A stretch of 64,000 bases of DNA from Clostridiales bacterium (GTDB lineage Bacteria > Bacillota > Clostridia > Oscillospirales > Oscillospiraceae), in assembly GCA_012523085.1 (NCBI GenBank), contig JAAYJC010000038.1, positions 62 to 64,061 of the forward strand. The letters run 5' to 3'. A program made the position numbers and the translations under genes. Position 1 is the first letter of the stretch. Each line of letters begins with the position of its first letter. Below the pieces are notes generated by a model, which saw nothing but the letters and a program-made list of their open reading frames with translations, had not been told where the DNA came from and searched no databases. Shown here piece by piece: positions 35,394 through 45,202 of this stretch.

Positions 35394-36347
35394 ATGACAG
35401 GTTGTGATAAGTTCAACGAACTGATTAGCGCCGCGATTGACGGCGAGGTTACGCCTGACGAAGAAAAAGAGCTCATTTTACATATGGAAGCATGCAGCGA
35501 ATGCAGATCGCTCTTCTCGTCACTTCGTGTGCTGTCCAATGAATTTTCCGACATGCTGATCGAACCGCCGGATAAACTGGTAACCGAAATCATGGACAGG
35601 CTCAAAAACCGAGCGGATAAACGCGATAAAAGGAAATATTTCACGCTGTTCGGGCGTTTTGCCGCGGCGGCGGTAATCGTTCTGGTGTTGTTCGCTGCGG
35701 ATGTATTTAAACCGACGGGCCAAAATACGGCTGAAATGCAATATGCCGACGCGATGGCGATGGCCGATTCCGGCGGCGAAAAAGAGCGCGAAGAGCCAGA
35801 GTCATCCCTCAAATATGACGAGGCATACATGTCGAGGGGCGAAGAAACGGAAGAGGATTCCGGGCTTTTGGGTGCGGGCTATGGCTTTGAGGATATCGCC
35901 GCGGACACGGAGCATAAAAATGATGAAAATTTAGAAGGCGGCGGCGAGCATGGCAGTCTCGGCAGCGCGGCGCCGGCTGATAGCCTCGCGGCCGGCGGGT
36001 CTGACCCGGAAAGAAGCCCGGAGCCGACAGCGGCGCCGGCTCCGCAGCCCTCCGCTGTGTCGTCTCCCGCTGCTGTTATGTACGCTGCAAGCGCGAAAGC
36101 GAGAGAGATCTGGGTAATAAATTCATACAACAGCTCGAGTTATTACTGCGTTTCGATCATCAGCGGCACTATTCCCGAACAACTGGAAGACTGTGCGCTG
36201 ATTGCGCAAAACGGCGGCGAAATGCACTATCTGGTCCCGTGGGAATCGATTGAAGAGCTCAACGAGGAAAACCGTTTTTCCGAAATATTTTATGATGATC
36301 TGGACGCCGAATATGGTATAGTGGTGGTAGACATCCCAATGTCTTAA
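35394..36347 (+). CDS. Anti-sigma factor (zf-HC2), single TM, acidic/Pro-rich linker, C-terminal domain of unknown function
   Basis: CDKFNELISAAIDGEVTPDEEKELILHMEACSECRSLF is a zf-HC2 motif. TM helix FGRFAAAAVIVLVLFAA. Overlaps the sigma gene's stop. Confidence 0.7.
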   Translation: MTGCDKFNELISAAIDGEVTPDEEKELILHMEACSECRSLFSSLRVLSNEFSDMLIEPPDKLVTEIMDRLKNRADKRDKRKYFTLFGRFAAAAVIVLVLFAADVFKPTGQNTAEMQYADAMAMADSGGEKEREEPESSLKYDEAYMSRGEETEEDSGLLGAGYGFEDIAADTEHKNDENLEGGGEHGSLGSAAPADSLAAGGSDPERSPEPTAAPAPQPSAVSSPAAVMYAASAKAREIWVINSYNSSSYYCVSIISGTIPEQLEDCALIAQNGGEMHYLVPWESIEELNEENRFSEIFYDDLDAEYGIVVVDIPMS

Positions 36348-36406
36348 AAAGACTCCCCATTGTCTTTTTAAGCGACGCCAATGTCTTAATAACGGAGGTG
36401 CAGGCA

Positions 36407-36856
36407 ATGCGTGAAAAAATGACCGAGGAAACCGCGGCTTACAGGCTCTTTGATTTGGGTTATGATTGCTGCCAGACCGTACTGTCCTACTGCGCGGAGG
36501 ATCTCGGAATGGATGAAGAAGACGCGCTGAAATTGGGTTCCGGGTTCGGCGGCGGACTGCATGTCGGCGAGGTCTGCGGATGCGTTACGGGCGCTGTTAT
36601 GGCGCTGGGCCTCAAATACGGCTTTAGTGAACCGAAGGACGACATCGGCAAACAGATCATGAACGCGAGAACAGGCGAATTCATCAGACGATTCAAGGAA
36701 GAAAACGGCGCGCTTCGCTGTAAAGAGCTTCTGGGGTATGATGTATCAATCCCCGAGGAAAAAGCGAAGATCGGTGAAGATGGCATCATACCCCAAAAGT
36801 GTCCGGGTTTAGTGTGCTCTGCCTGCAGGATTTTGGATAATATGCTGGACGATTAA
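36407..36856 (+). CDS. C_GCAxxG_C_C family (putative redox-active) protein
   Basis: CCQTVL..., GEVCGCVTGAVMALG and ...ALRCKELL..., ...CPGLVCSAC are diagnostic cysteine motifs. GGAGGT RBS. Confidence 0.8.
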   Translation: MREKMTEETAAYRLFDLGYDCCQTVLSYCAEDLGMDEEDALKLGSGFGGGLHVGEVCGCVTGAVMALGLKYGFSEPKDDIGKQIMNARTGEFIRRFKEENGALRCKELLGYDVSIPEEKAKIGEDGIIPQKCPGLVCSACRILDNMLDD

Positions 36857-36858
36857 AT

Positions 36859-37024
36859 AATGCCTGTTGAACAAACGCGTTTGTTCAGCAGGCATTAAAT
36901 GAGAACAACAAAGGCTGTATACGGCGCCGGACAAAACCGGCATCGTATACAGCCTTTATCTTACTCATCGGCCCAAAGCCTAATTGGCTCAAAGACCGAT
37001 AGGCTTTGAGCCAATTAGGCTTTG
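36859..37024. terminator. Three consecutive long hairpins (36859-36896, 36910-36957, 36974-37024) in a convergent intergenic region
   Basis: Hairpin 1 is AATGCCTGTTGAACAAACG/CGTTTGTTCAGCAGGCATT. Hairpin 2 is AAAGGCTGTATACG...CGTATACAGCCTTT. Hairpin 3 is CAAAGCCTAATTGGCTCAAAG...CTTTGAGCCAATTAGGCTTTG. Confidence 0.55.
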
Positions 37025-37033
37025 CCTGAACGC

Positions 37034-38014
37034 TCAGTGAATCATGACCTTTAGCCCGTAACTCTCGAGCCTGGCTTTTCTTTCCCGGACAAGCGCGTCA
37101 GAGGGTACAACGGCTTCCAATACAGGCGCGTTTCTCTGCAGACGTTCCCATTTAACCGTGCCCATGTTATGGTACGGCAGAAGCTGAACGACATCAACGC
37201 TGTCTTTAATCTCGCGGATAAATGCCCCGAATCGGTCAAAGGATTCCTCGGAATCGTTGAATCGGGGGATAATCGGTATTCTGATTTGGAGCCTGCCGGC
37301 GTTAGCGGCGATTTTTTTTGCGTTTTCCAGTATCAGTTCATTCGGTATGCCGATGGCTTTTTTGTGCAGGTCGCTGTCCATGCATTTAAGGTCGTATAAA
37401 AACAGGTCCGTGTAAAGTAAAATAGACTCGATGACGGAAAAAGGAACGGCACCGGAGGTATCCACCGCCGTATGTATCCCGTTTTCCTTACAGCGCTTCA
37501 AAAGCGCTCTCGTAAACTCGGGCTGGCACAGACACTCGCCGCCCGAGATGGTGACCCCTCCGCCGGAACGCTTGAAAAACGGCTGCTCCTTCATGACGCG
37601 GTCCATGACTTCATCAACCGTGTAGTCCGTTCCGCACATATATAAGGCCTTTGAGCTGCAGGCTGAAGCGCAATTACCGCAGTTTACGCATATCGACCGG
37701 TTTACCTCGACCAGTTGGATTTCGTCCCCGCCGGCAGCGGGTTTCTTCATTATACCCGGCGATATCGCGCCGTTCGGACAGGCATCCAAACAGTTTCCGC
37801 ACAGCTTTATCCCCGCGCACCGAATCTCCATCCAGTTGAGCTCCGTATGAAACGCCTGAGATTCCGGGCTGTGGCACCAGAGACAGTGTAGCGGGCAGCC
37901 CTTCAGGAAAACCGTCAGGCGAATGCCCGGGCCGTCATGAACAGAAAAGCCCTGTATATCATAAATTTTGCCGGTCACAATCTTTTCGCTCAAACCGATC
38001 AGTTCCTTTATCAT
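37034..38014 (-). CDS. Glycyl-radical enzyme activating protein (radical SAM, with an inserted 2x[4Fe-4S] ferredoxin-like domain)
   Basis: GFSVHDGPGIRLTVFLKGCPLHCLWCHSPE carries the CxxxCxxC cluster. Extra Cys clusters are CGNCLDACP and CVNCGNCASAC. 326 aa. Confidence 0.85.
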   Translation of the reverse strand: MIKELIGLSEKIVTGKIYDIQGFSVHDGPGIRLTVFLKGCPLHCLWCHSPESQAFHTELNWMEIRCAGIKLCGNCLDACPNGAISPGIMKKPAAGGDEIQLVEVNRSICVNCGNCASACSSKALYMCGTDYTVDEVMDRVMKEQPFFKRSGGGVTISGGECLCQPEFTRALLKRCKENGIHTAVDTSGAVPFSVIESILLYTDLFLYDLKCMDSDLHKKAIGIPNELILENAKKIAANAGRLQIRIPIIPRFNDSEESFDRFGAFIREIKDSVDVVQLLPYHNMGTVKWERLQRNAPVLEAVVPSDALVRERKARLESYGLKVMIH

Positions 38015-38310
38015 GAAACATCATAGGAAATCATCCGATAGCCGCATTATTTCACAATGCGCAATTTTTGTCAATAAATGCGGAAAGCCCGGTTTTTATG
38101 AAACTCGGACAGACCGGAAAAAAATCATCGAACATACGTTTGAAATACCGGAAAATGAGGTAAAATATGAAAAATGGGCGATAAACAAGTAAAAATAATT
38201 CATATTTTCTATTGCTTTTTCGGTTTACATTATATTATAATCAGATACGTAGTGGGGCGAAGTGGTTAAATGTGTTGAGCTATCCCATAAAAGAAAGGGC
38301 GGTGGGGACA

Positions 38311-38727
38311 ATGACCTGTGAATATCAGCATTCGATAGATGCCAAAGGCAGGCTGTTTATCCCCGCAAAGCTCAGAGAAGAACTGGGCGATGTCTGTTAT
38401 GTCACCATTTCGATGGACCGATGCCTTTTTGTATATTCGGAAAGCAGCTGGAAAGCCTTTTGTGATAAATTTGACGCTCTGCCGATGTCGCAATCCAGGA
38501 AAATGCGGGTCATGTTCGCCAACACGTCAAAATGCGAATTGGACGCGCAGGGAAGGGTTTTGATTCCGCAAAAACTCCGGGAATATGCCGTATTGAAAAA
38601 AAACGTGACGATTATCGGTTTTTCCAATCACGCGGAGATCTGGGACAGCGGCGAGTACGCGAAGCTTGAAGCGGAGGAACTGACGCCGGAGAATATTGCG
38701 GCTGCCATGAAAGAGCTTGGCTTATAA
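38311..38727 (+). CDS. mraZ: Transcriptional regulator MraZ
   Basis: 138 aa. Duplicated DxKGR(L/V)xIP motifs (IDAKGRLFIPAKLRE, LDAQGRVLIPQKLRE). First gene of the dcw cluster. Confidence 0.9.
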   Translation: MTCEYQHSIDAKGRLFIPAKLREELGDVCYVTISMDRCLFVYSESSWKAFCDKFDALPMSQSRKMRVMFANTSKCELDAQGRVLIPQKLREYAVLKKNVTIIGFSNHAEIWDSGEYAKLEAEELTPENIAAAMKELGL

Positions 38728-38740
38728 CGGAGGTGCCGCT

Positions 38741-39688
38741 TTGGATTTTTCCCATACATCCGTACTGCCGGACGAAAGCATAGAAGCGCTGAAGATAAAA
38801 CCGGACGGCATCTATGTTGACGGTACGCTGGGCGGCGGCGGACATGCGCATTTGATAGCAAAAGCGCTGACAACCGGAAAGCTCATTGGAATTGACCGTG
38901 ATATCATAGCTTTGAATGCGGCAAAGGAAAGGCTTCATGAATTCGGGGACAAGCTGACCTTTATACACGGAAATTATTCGGATATCGCCGATATCCTTGA
39001 CAGTCTCGGGATAGAAAACGTAGATGGAATGTTCTTCGACCTTGGGGTTTCCTCGCCGCAGCTGGACGATGCCAGAAGAGGGTTTTCCTATATGGCGGAC
39101 GCGCCGCTCGATATGCGTATGGACAGGTCAAATCCACGCACGGCCTTTGATGTCGTCAATACCTACGACGAGGCAAGGCTCAAAAAGATCCTGTACGAAT
39201 ATGGAGAGGAGCGGTATTCACCGAGAATTGCGGCCGCCATCCGAAAAAGCAGGGATAAAAAACCGATTGAAACAACGCGGGAGCTTGTTGAGCTGATCAT
39301 ATCGGCCATGCCGGCTGCCGCATTAAAGGAAAAACAGCACCCGGCGAAACGGACTTTTCAGGCAATCCGCATTGAGGTGAATGATGAGCTGACAGGCCTT
39401 AAAGCGCTGCTGGAATCCGCGCCGGACAGGTTGAAGCCGGGCGCGAGAATCGCCGTGATCAGCTTCCATTCTCTGGAGGACAGGCTGGTCAAGCTCTCTT
39501 TCCGGTCAAGACAAAGCGGCTGTACATGCCCGAGGGATCTTCCCGTGTGTGTATGCGGCTTTATACAAACATTGAAAGTTATTACACCGAAACCCATAAC
39601 AGCGTCAAATGAAGAAATAAAAAGGAACCCGAGGGCGAGAAGCGCAAGGCTCAGAGTCGCGGAACGCTGCGTTCCACAGTACTCTTGA
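38741..39688 (+). CDS. rsmH: 16S rRNA (cytosine1402-N4)-methyltransferase
   Basis: GGAGGT, then TTG at 38741. HTSVL..E, DGTLGGGGH, DLGVSS.Q.D and SFHSLEDR motifs. Confidence 0.9.
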   Translation: MDFSHTSVLPDESIEALKIKPDGIYVDGTLGGGGHAHLIAKALTTGKLIGIDRDIIALNAAKERLHEFGDKLTFIHGNYSDIADILDSLGIENVDGMFFDLGVSSPQLDDARRGFSYMADAPLDMRMDRSNPRTAFDVVNTYDEARLKKILYEYGEERYSPRIAAAIRKSRDKKPIETTRELVELIISAMPAAALKEKQHPAKRTFQAIRIEVNDELTGLKALLESAPDRLKPGARIAVISFHSLEDRLVKLSFRSRQSGCTCPRDLPVCVCGFIQTLKVITPKPITASNEEIKRNPRARSARLRVAERCVPQYS

Positions 39689-39743
39689 TCCGCCGGCGGA
39701 CGCAGGATATAATCCCCAAAAACAGACAGGGAGTGAATGATCG

Positions 39744-40277
39744 ATGAGTGCGAAATATGCGCAGGCCGTTTACGGTAACCTCGCTTATAATTCGGCTGTA
39801 CCTGCTGTACCGGCAAGAGACATACCGGTACCCGAGCAGGAGAGAGCCGAAGCTGCCCGCGAATACCACAGAGCCGGAGAAAGACAGGGGACGAGAGCCC
39901 TTAAAAAGCAGAGTATTTCCGCGTTCTCCGTCGTCGGCATCATCTGCATAGCCGCGCTTATGCTGGTGACGCTGCTTTCCTATGTGAGTCTGACAAAAAT
40001 ATCCGCCGAAACGGTTGAACTGACGGAGCGGATGAAGACGCTCAAAGATGAAGAAACCAGGCTGCAGCTGGAATACGAAAGCGCGCTGGACCTCAACGCG
40101 GTTGAAAGCTACGCGACCCATGTACTCGGTATGTCCAAACCCGGCGATAACCAGATTTTCTATATCCGCACCGACGCTGCCGATCAGGCCGAGATTTTAC
40201 ATACCGAACAGGGCGGCTCCGGTCTGCTTGATTTTTTCAGCTCCATTTTGACAACCCTCTCTGATATCTTCAGATAA
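39744..40277 (+). CDS. FtsL-like cell division protein (bitopic, coiled coil), assigned mainly by position
   Basis: One TM helix (ISAFSVVGIICIAALMLVTLLSYV) followed by a coiled-coil segment. It lies between rsmH and the PBP gene. Confidence 0.55.
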   Translation: MSAKYAQAVYGNLAYNSAVPAVPARDIPVPEQERAEAAREYHRAGERQGTRALKKQSISAFSVVGIICIAALMLVTLLSYVSLTKISAETVELTERMKTLKDEETRLQLEYESALDLNAVESYATHVLGMSKPGDNQIFYIRTDAADQAEILHTEQGGSGLLDFFSSILTTLSDIFR

Positions 40278-40384
40278 TTTAATCTCGTCTGATGACGCTG
40301 AAAACGGAGTATGGAGGAATATTTCGGGACATCTGTGTAATACGATATATCAAGCCATTCGGTAAGCAGTGCGAGGTTATAGAT

Positions 40385-42670
40385 ATGGATATAAAGAAAA
40401 AGCGCAAGATCTTGAAGCCCAATGCTCAGATCATCCGCCGTACGCTGGTTTTGATGGTAGCGTGCGGCATAGTTGCTTTTGCCGTTCTGGTCGCGCAGTT
40501 GTATAAAATACAGATACAATCCCATGACCTGTACCAAAGCGAGGCGGTGGAACAGCAGGTCAGGGAAACGACCATCAACGCTTCCAGGGGAACGATATAC
40601 GACGCGAACATGCAGGTGCTCGCCATGAGCGCGAGCGTGGACACAGTTTACATAAGCCCGGTTGAAATGCTCAAATACGAAGAGGATTCTTCGCTGATCG
40701 CATTGCGGCTCTCGGAGATTCTCGGCGTCAGCTATGAGTCTATCATGGCCAAATGGGAAGACACAAAATCCTGGTATAAAACGGTGGCTGTAAAAATCGA
40801 GAAGGACGTTGCGGACCAGATAAGAGCTTTTAAAAACGAATATGATTTCAAAAGCGTCCATATCGTTGAGGACACAAAACGGTACTACCCCTTCAGCGGC
40901 CTGGCCGCACAGGTTGTCGGATTTGTCGGGACCGACAACAACGGTCTGTACGGCATGGAAAATTACTATGAAAGCTTCCTGCGCGGTGTAAACGGCAGGA
41001 TTGTGCGGGCAACCACCTCCGATGGCACCGACATGCTGTTTACCAAATATGAGAATTATTATGACGCCGTCGACGGAAACAGCCTTGTTTTAACACTCGA
41101 CTCAACGATACAGTATTATCTTGAAAAGCATATGGAACAGGCGATACGCGATTATAATGTAAAAAACGGCGCGATGGGCATTGTCATGGATGTCAACACC
41201 GGGGCGGTTCTCGGCATGGCGACCTTGCCGGATTATGACCTGAACAACTATTCCGTTTTAAACGAAGAAGACAAGGCAAAGCTGATGGAACTGGACCTGG
41301 AGGAAGAGGCCTACCAGAAGGCGCTCAATGACGCGCTGTTCGGGCAGTGGAAAAACCGGGCGATTGCGGATTCCTATGAACCCGGCTCCACATTCAAGAT
41401 CATTACGCTCTCAGCCGCTCTGGAAGACGGGATTGTGAATGAATCCTCCGATTTTTACTGCGGCGGCTCAATGGAAGTAAAGGGAAGGACAGATCCGCTC
41501 AAATGCTGGAAGTCCATAGGACACGGCAGCCAGACACTGGCAAAGGCCGCTCAGCATTCCTGCAACGTAGCCTTCGTCACCATCGGCTTACGGCTCGGCG
41601 CGGAACGGTTTTATGACTATATACGGGCGTTCGGCTTCATGGACGCAACAGGCGTCGATATGGGCGGGGAGGGCGAGCCCATCTGGTGGAAGGACAGCGT
41701 CTTCAAAAACCCCGACAACCTGTCGTCTCTTGCCGCGGCCTCCTTCGGTCAGACCTTCAACATCACACCGCTGCAATTGGTTACGGCTGTATCGGCCGTT
41801 GCCAACGGCGGGTATCTGATGGAGCCTTATGTCGTACAGAAGATTATTTCCCCGAACGGGGATGTCCTTAAAACGGCGGAGCCGGTTGTCGTCCGGCAGG
41901 TCATCAGCGAGGAGACCTCCGAAAAGGTCTGCGCCATCCTCGAGAGCGTTGTTGCCGACAAAGAAGGTACCGGAAAAAACGCCTATGTGGACGGTTACCG
42001 GATCGCCGGGAAAACAGGTACCTCCGAAAACATCGGTCAGGACACAGACGAGTATATTGTATCCTTTGTCGGCTTTGCGCCCGCGGACGATCCGAAGATT
42101 GCCGTACTGGTTTTGCTTGACAGCCCGAGCCGGGATACCGATATCTATATCAGCGGCGGACGCATGGCGGCCCCGGTTGTGGGCAATATCTTTGCGGATG
42201 TTCTGCCTTATATCGGCGTTGAGCCGGTGTATAACAATGCGGAAAACGCGAGCACGGATGTGCTGCTGCCGAATGTAAAGAACCTGGATGTTGAGGAAGC
42301 GAAGAAAACGCTGAAGGCGCTCGGCTTTGAGGTCAAAGTGGAGGGCAGCGACGCAACGGTCAATGACCAGATTCCGATGGCCAATGTCTATGTCGCGCAA
42401 GGCTCGACCATCATATTGTACGCGGGCGAAGAAAGACCCGCCGATAAGGTTATCATGCCAAGCCTGCTGAATATGAGCTACACGGACGCGAAAAGCAGGC
42501 TCAATGCGCTTGGGCTGTATATCAGAAGCACAGGCGTTTCGTCCTCGGGTCTGGACACAATCATCGTGCAGCGGCAGGATGTCGAAGAGGGCACGGAGAT
42601 CACGGTGGGCAGTGTCATTCAGGTCACTTTAATTGACAACAATTCGACGATTCTAGAAAGCGCCACATGA
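40385..42670 (+). CDS. Class B penicillin-binding protein (FtsI/SpoVD type) with two C-terminal PASTA domains
   Basis: TM anchor and dimerisation domain. Transpeptidase motifs STFK (GSTFKIIT), SCN and KTGT. Two PASTA-like repeats at the C-terminus. Confidence 0.9.
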   Translation: MDIKKKRKILKPNAQIIRRTLVLMVACGIVAFAVLVAQLYKIQIQSHDLYQSEAVEQQVRETTINASRGTIYDANMQVLAMSASVDTVYISPVEMLKYEEDSSLIALRLSEILGVSYESIMAKWEDTKSWYKTVAVKIEKDVADQIRAFKNEYDFKSVHIVEDTKRYYPFSGLAAQVVGFVGTDNNGLYGMENYYESFLRGVNGRIVRATTSDGTDMLFTKYENYYDAVDGNSLVLTLDSTIQYYLEKHMEQAIRDYNVKNGAMGIVMDVNTGAVLGMATLPDYDLNNYSVLNEEDKAKLMELDLEEEAYQKALNDALFGQWKNRAIADSYEPGSTFKIITLSAALEDGIVNESSDFYCGGSMEVKGRTDPLKCWKSIGHGSQTLAKAAQHSCNVAFVTIGLRLGAERFYDYIRAFGFMDATGVDMGGEGEPIWWKDSVFKNPDNLSSLAAASFGQTFNITPLQLVTAVSAVANGGYLMEPYVVQKIISPNGDVLKTAEPVVVRQVISEETSEKVCAILESVVADKEGTGKNAYVDGYRIAGKTGTSENIGQDTDEYIVSFVGFAPADDPKIAVLVLLDSPSRDTDIYISGGRMAAPVVGNIFADVLPYIGVEPVYNNAENASTDVLLPNVKNLDVEEAKKTLKALGFEVKVEGSDATVNDQIPMANVYVAQGSTIILYAGEERPADKVIMPSLLNMSYTDAKSRLNALGLYIRSTGVSSSGLDTIIVQRQDVEEGTEITVGSVIQVTLIDNNSTILESAT

Positions 42671-42704
42671 GAAAAGCGCCGCCGGCGGGAAAGAAAGGAT
42701 AACC

Positions 42705-44162
42705 ATGCGTATTTTGGATTTGCTGCGGGACATCGACATTCTGGCGCAAAACGTGTCTCCGGATCTGGAGATAGCGGATATTTGCTATGATTCACGCAAA
42801 GCATCGAAAAATTCGCTTTTTGTCGCGGTCAGAGGGTTTGAGACCGACGGGCACAGGTATATCGGAGACGCTCTGAAAAACGGGTGTGTTGCGGTGCTGT
42901 GTGAAGAAAAGCCCGAGGCTGACTGCCCCTATATCCAAACGTTTGATACGCGCTATGCGCTTGCCGTCGCTTCGGCGAACTTTTTCGGAAGGCCGGGCGA
43001 CCGACTGACCGTAATCGGCGTAACGGGTACAAACGGAAAGACCACCGTAACAACGCTGATAAAAGACACGCTGGAGATCTGTACCGGGAAAAAGGCCGGA
43101 TTGATCGGAACCAACCGGAATATGATCGGGGACGAGGAAATCGGAACCGAGTACACGACGCCGGAATCCCGCGACCTTCAGGAGCTGCTTTATAAAATGG
43201 CCGAAGCGGGCTGCCGGTACGCGGTGATGGAGGTATCCTCACATTCGCTGGCGCTGTCGCGCGTGGCGGGCATCACATTCGATGTCGGCGTATTTACCAA
43301 TTTAACACAGGATCATCTGGATTTCCATAGGAATATGGATGATTATCTGTCGGCGAAGGCAAAGCTGTTTTCCATGTGTAAAACCGGCGTTTTTAACCTA
43401 GACGACAACGCGTCAAAAAGGCTGATAGCCGCGGCTGCCTGCCCTGTGCTCACTTTCGCTGCCGATGAAAAAGACGCGGATGTACGCGCAGAAAATATCA
43501 ATCTGCGGTCCGATTCGGTGACCTTTGACGCCGTTTCTTCCGGCATGACCGTACCGATATATCTGGGCATTCCCGGTATAATTTCGGTTTTTAACGCGCT
43601 TGCCGTTATCGGCTGCGCAAGGGCACTGGAGATAGACCCCTTTAGGACGGCTAATGCGCTGAAAACACTAAAAGGCGTCAAGGGCAGATTTGAAACCGTA
43701 CCGACGCCGGGCTGCGATTTTACGATTTTGATTGATTACGCGCACTCCCCGGACGCGCTGGAGAACGTGCTGCTTACCGCGCGGGGCTTTGCAAAGGGCC
43801 GGGTTGTGATCGTTTTCGGCTGCGGCGGCGACAGGGATAAAACGAAAAGGCCGAAAATGGGCAAAATAGCGTCCCGGCTGTCTGACCTTGCCGTGGTCAC
43901 GACAGACAATCCGCGTACAGAGAATCCCGAAGACATCATCAGGGACATTCTTGAGGGAATGGCAGGAAGCATAACCCCCTGTCAGGTCATCATTGACAGG
44001 CGCGAGGCGATCCGCTGGGTGATAGAAAACGCCGAAAAAGACGATCTGATTATTTTGGCCGGCAAGGGTCACGAAACCTATCAAATCGTGGGGAAAACCA
44101 GATATCATATGGATGAGCGCGAAATTGTGTCGGAAATACTCGGCGGCCTTGCGCAAGGCTGA
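42705..44162 (+). CDS. murE: UDP-N-acetylmuramoyl-L-alanyl-D-glutamate--2,6-diaminopimelate ligase
   Basis: GVTGTNGKTT P-loop, a DNPR motif (TTDNPRTENP) typical of DAP-adding MurE, 485 aa. Confidence 0.9.
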   Translation: MRILDLLRDIDILAQNVSPDLEIADICYDSRKASKNSLFVAVRGFETDGHRYIGDALKNGCVAVLCEEKPEADCPYIQTFDTRYALAVASANFFGRPGDRLTVIGVTGTNGKTTVTTLIKDTLEICTGKKAGLIGTNRNMIGDEEIGTEYTTPESRDLQELLYKMAEAGCRYAVMEVSSHSLALSRVAGITFDVGVFTNLTQDHLDFHRNMDDYLSAKAKLFSMCKTGVFNLDDNASKRLIAAAACPVLTFAADEKDADVRAENINLRSDSVTFDAVSSGMTVPIYLGIPGIISVFNALAVIGCARALEIDPFRTANALKTLKGVKGRFETVPTPGCDFTILIDYAHSPDALENVLLTARGFAKGRVVIVFGCGGDRDKTKRPKMGKIASRLSDLAVVTTDNPRTENPEDIIRDILEGMAGSITPCQVIIDRREAIRWVIENAEKDDLIILAGKGHETYQIVGKTRYHMDEREIVSEILGGLAQG

Positions 44163-44194
44163 CGGGTATCAATATGGGTGAGGAGCTAAAACCA

Positions 44195-45187
44195 ATGACA
44201 AGCATTCTGGCTAAAGGCTTTTTTGTTTCGTTTGCCGTTTCCGTTGCCGCGGCCTTTATAATCATACCGCTTCTGCGCCGCCTGAAAATCGGGCAGAGCA
44301 TCAAACGAAACGGTCCGATCTGGCATTTATCCAAGGAAGGGACGCCGACAATGGGCGGGCTGATTTTTATCTGCGGAATGACCGCCGCCGTTTTTACGGT
44401 CGGACTTAATGCCATCAAAGACGGCCGCTATGCGCATCTGGCTATTCTGGTTTTTTCGCTGATTTACGGCATCATCGGCTTTCTGGATGATTATCAGAAG
44501 GTAAAGAAGAAAGGCAACACCGGTTTGACCTCTATCCAGAAATTCATGCTTCAGCTGGTGGTGGCGGTCGCTTTTGTGCTGATGCTGCGCAAACTCGGCT
44601 ATCTGACCCCGAATCTTTATGTACCCTTTTTACAGGTGACGGTCCCGATTCCGGAGCCGGTATATTTTGTCTTTGCCGCGTTTGTCATCGTCGGAACCGT
44701 TAACGCCGTCAACATCACCGACGGGGTAGACGGGCTGGTTACCGGCGTCTCCATCCCGATAGCGCTGTGCTTTACCGCCGCGGCCTTCAGCTGGGGTATG
44801 GCGGTTCAGGGTATATACGCGGCCGCCCTCACCGGGGGGCTTGCCGCTTTCCTGATTTTCAATTTCAATCCCGCTAAAGTCATCATGGGCGATACCGGCT
44901 CGCTGTTTCTGGGCGGTTCGATTTGTGCGCTCGCGTTTTCGCTGGATATGCCGCTGGTTTTAATCCCGCTGGCGATGGTGTTTATCATAGAAACCTTGTC
45001 GGATGTCATCCAGATTTTGTATTTTAAGCTGTCACACGGTAAACGCGTTTTTAAAATGGCGCCGATTCACCATCATTTTGAAAAAAGCGGCTGGAGTGAA
45101 AAAAAGGTTTTTACCGTATTCACGATAACCTCCATTGTGTTTTCGGTTATTGCCTGGATCGGTATCATGGACAGATATAACCTGTAA
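44195..45187 (+). CDS. mraY: Phospho-N-acetylmuramoyl-pentapeptide transferase
   Basis: PTMGG, NAVNITDGVDGL, GDTGSL and PIHHHFE motifs. Confidence 0.95.
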   Translation: MTSILAKGFFVSFAVSVAAAFIIIPLLRRLKIGQSIKRNGPIWHLSKEGTPTMGGLIFICGMTAAVFTVGLNAIKDGRYAHLAILVFSLIYGIIGFLDDYQKVKKKGNTGLTSIQKFMLQLVVAVAFVLMLRKLGYLTPNLYVPFLQVTVPIPEPVYFVFAAFVIVGTVNAVNITDGVDGLVTGVSIPIALCFTAAAFSWGMAVQGIYAAALTGGLAAFLIFNFNPAKVIMGDTGSLFLGGSICALAFSLDMPLVLIPLAMVFIIETLSDVIQILYFKLSHGKRVFKMAPIHHHFEKSGWSEKKVFTVFTITSIVFSVIAWIGIMDRYNL

Positions 45188-45202
45188 AAGGAAAGGTCAA
45201 GT

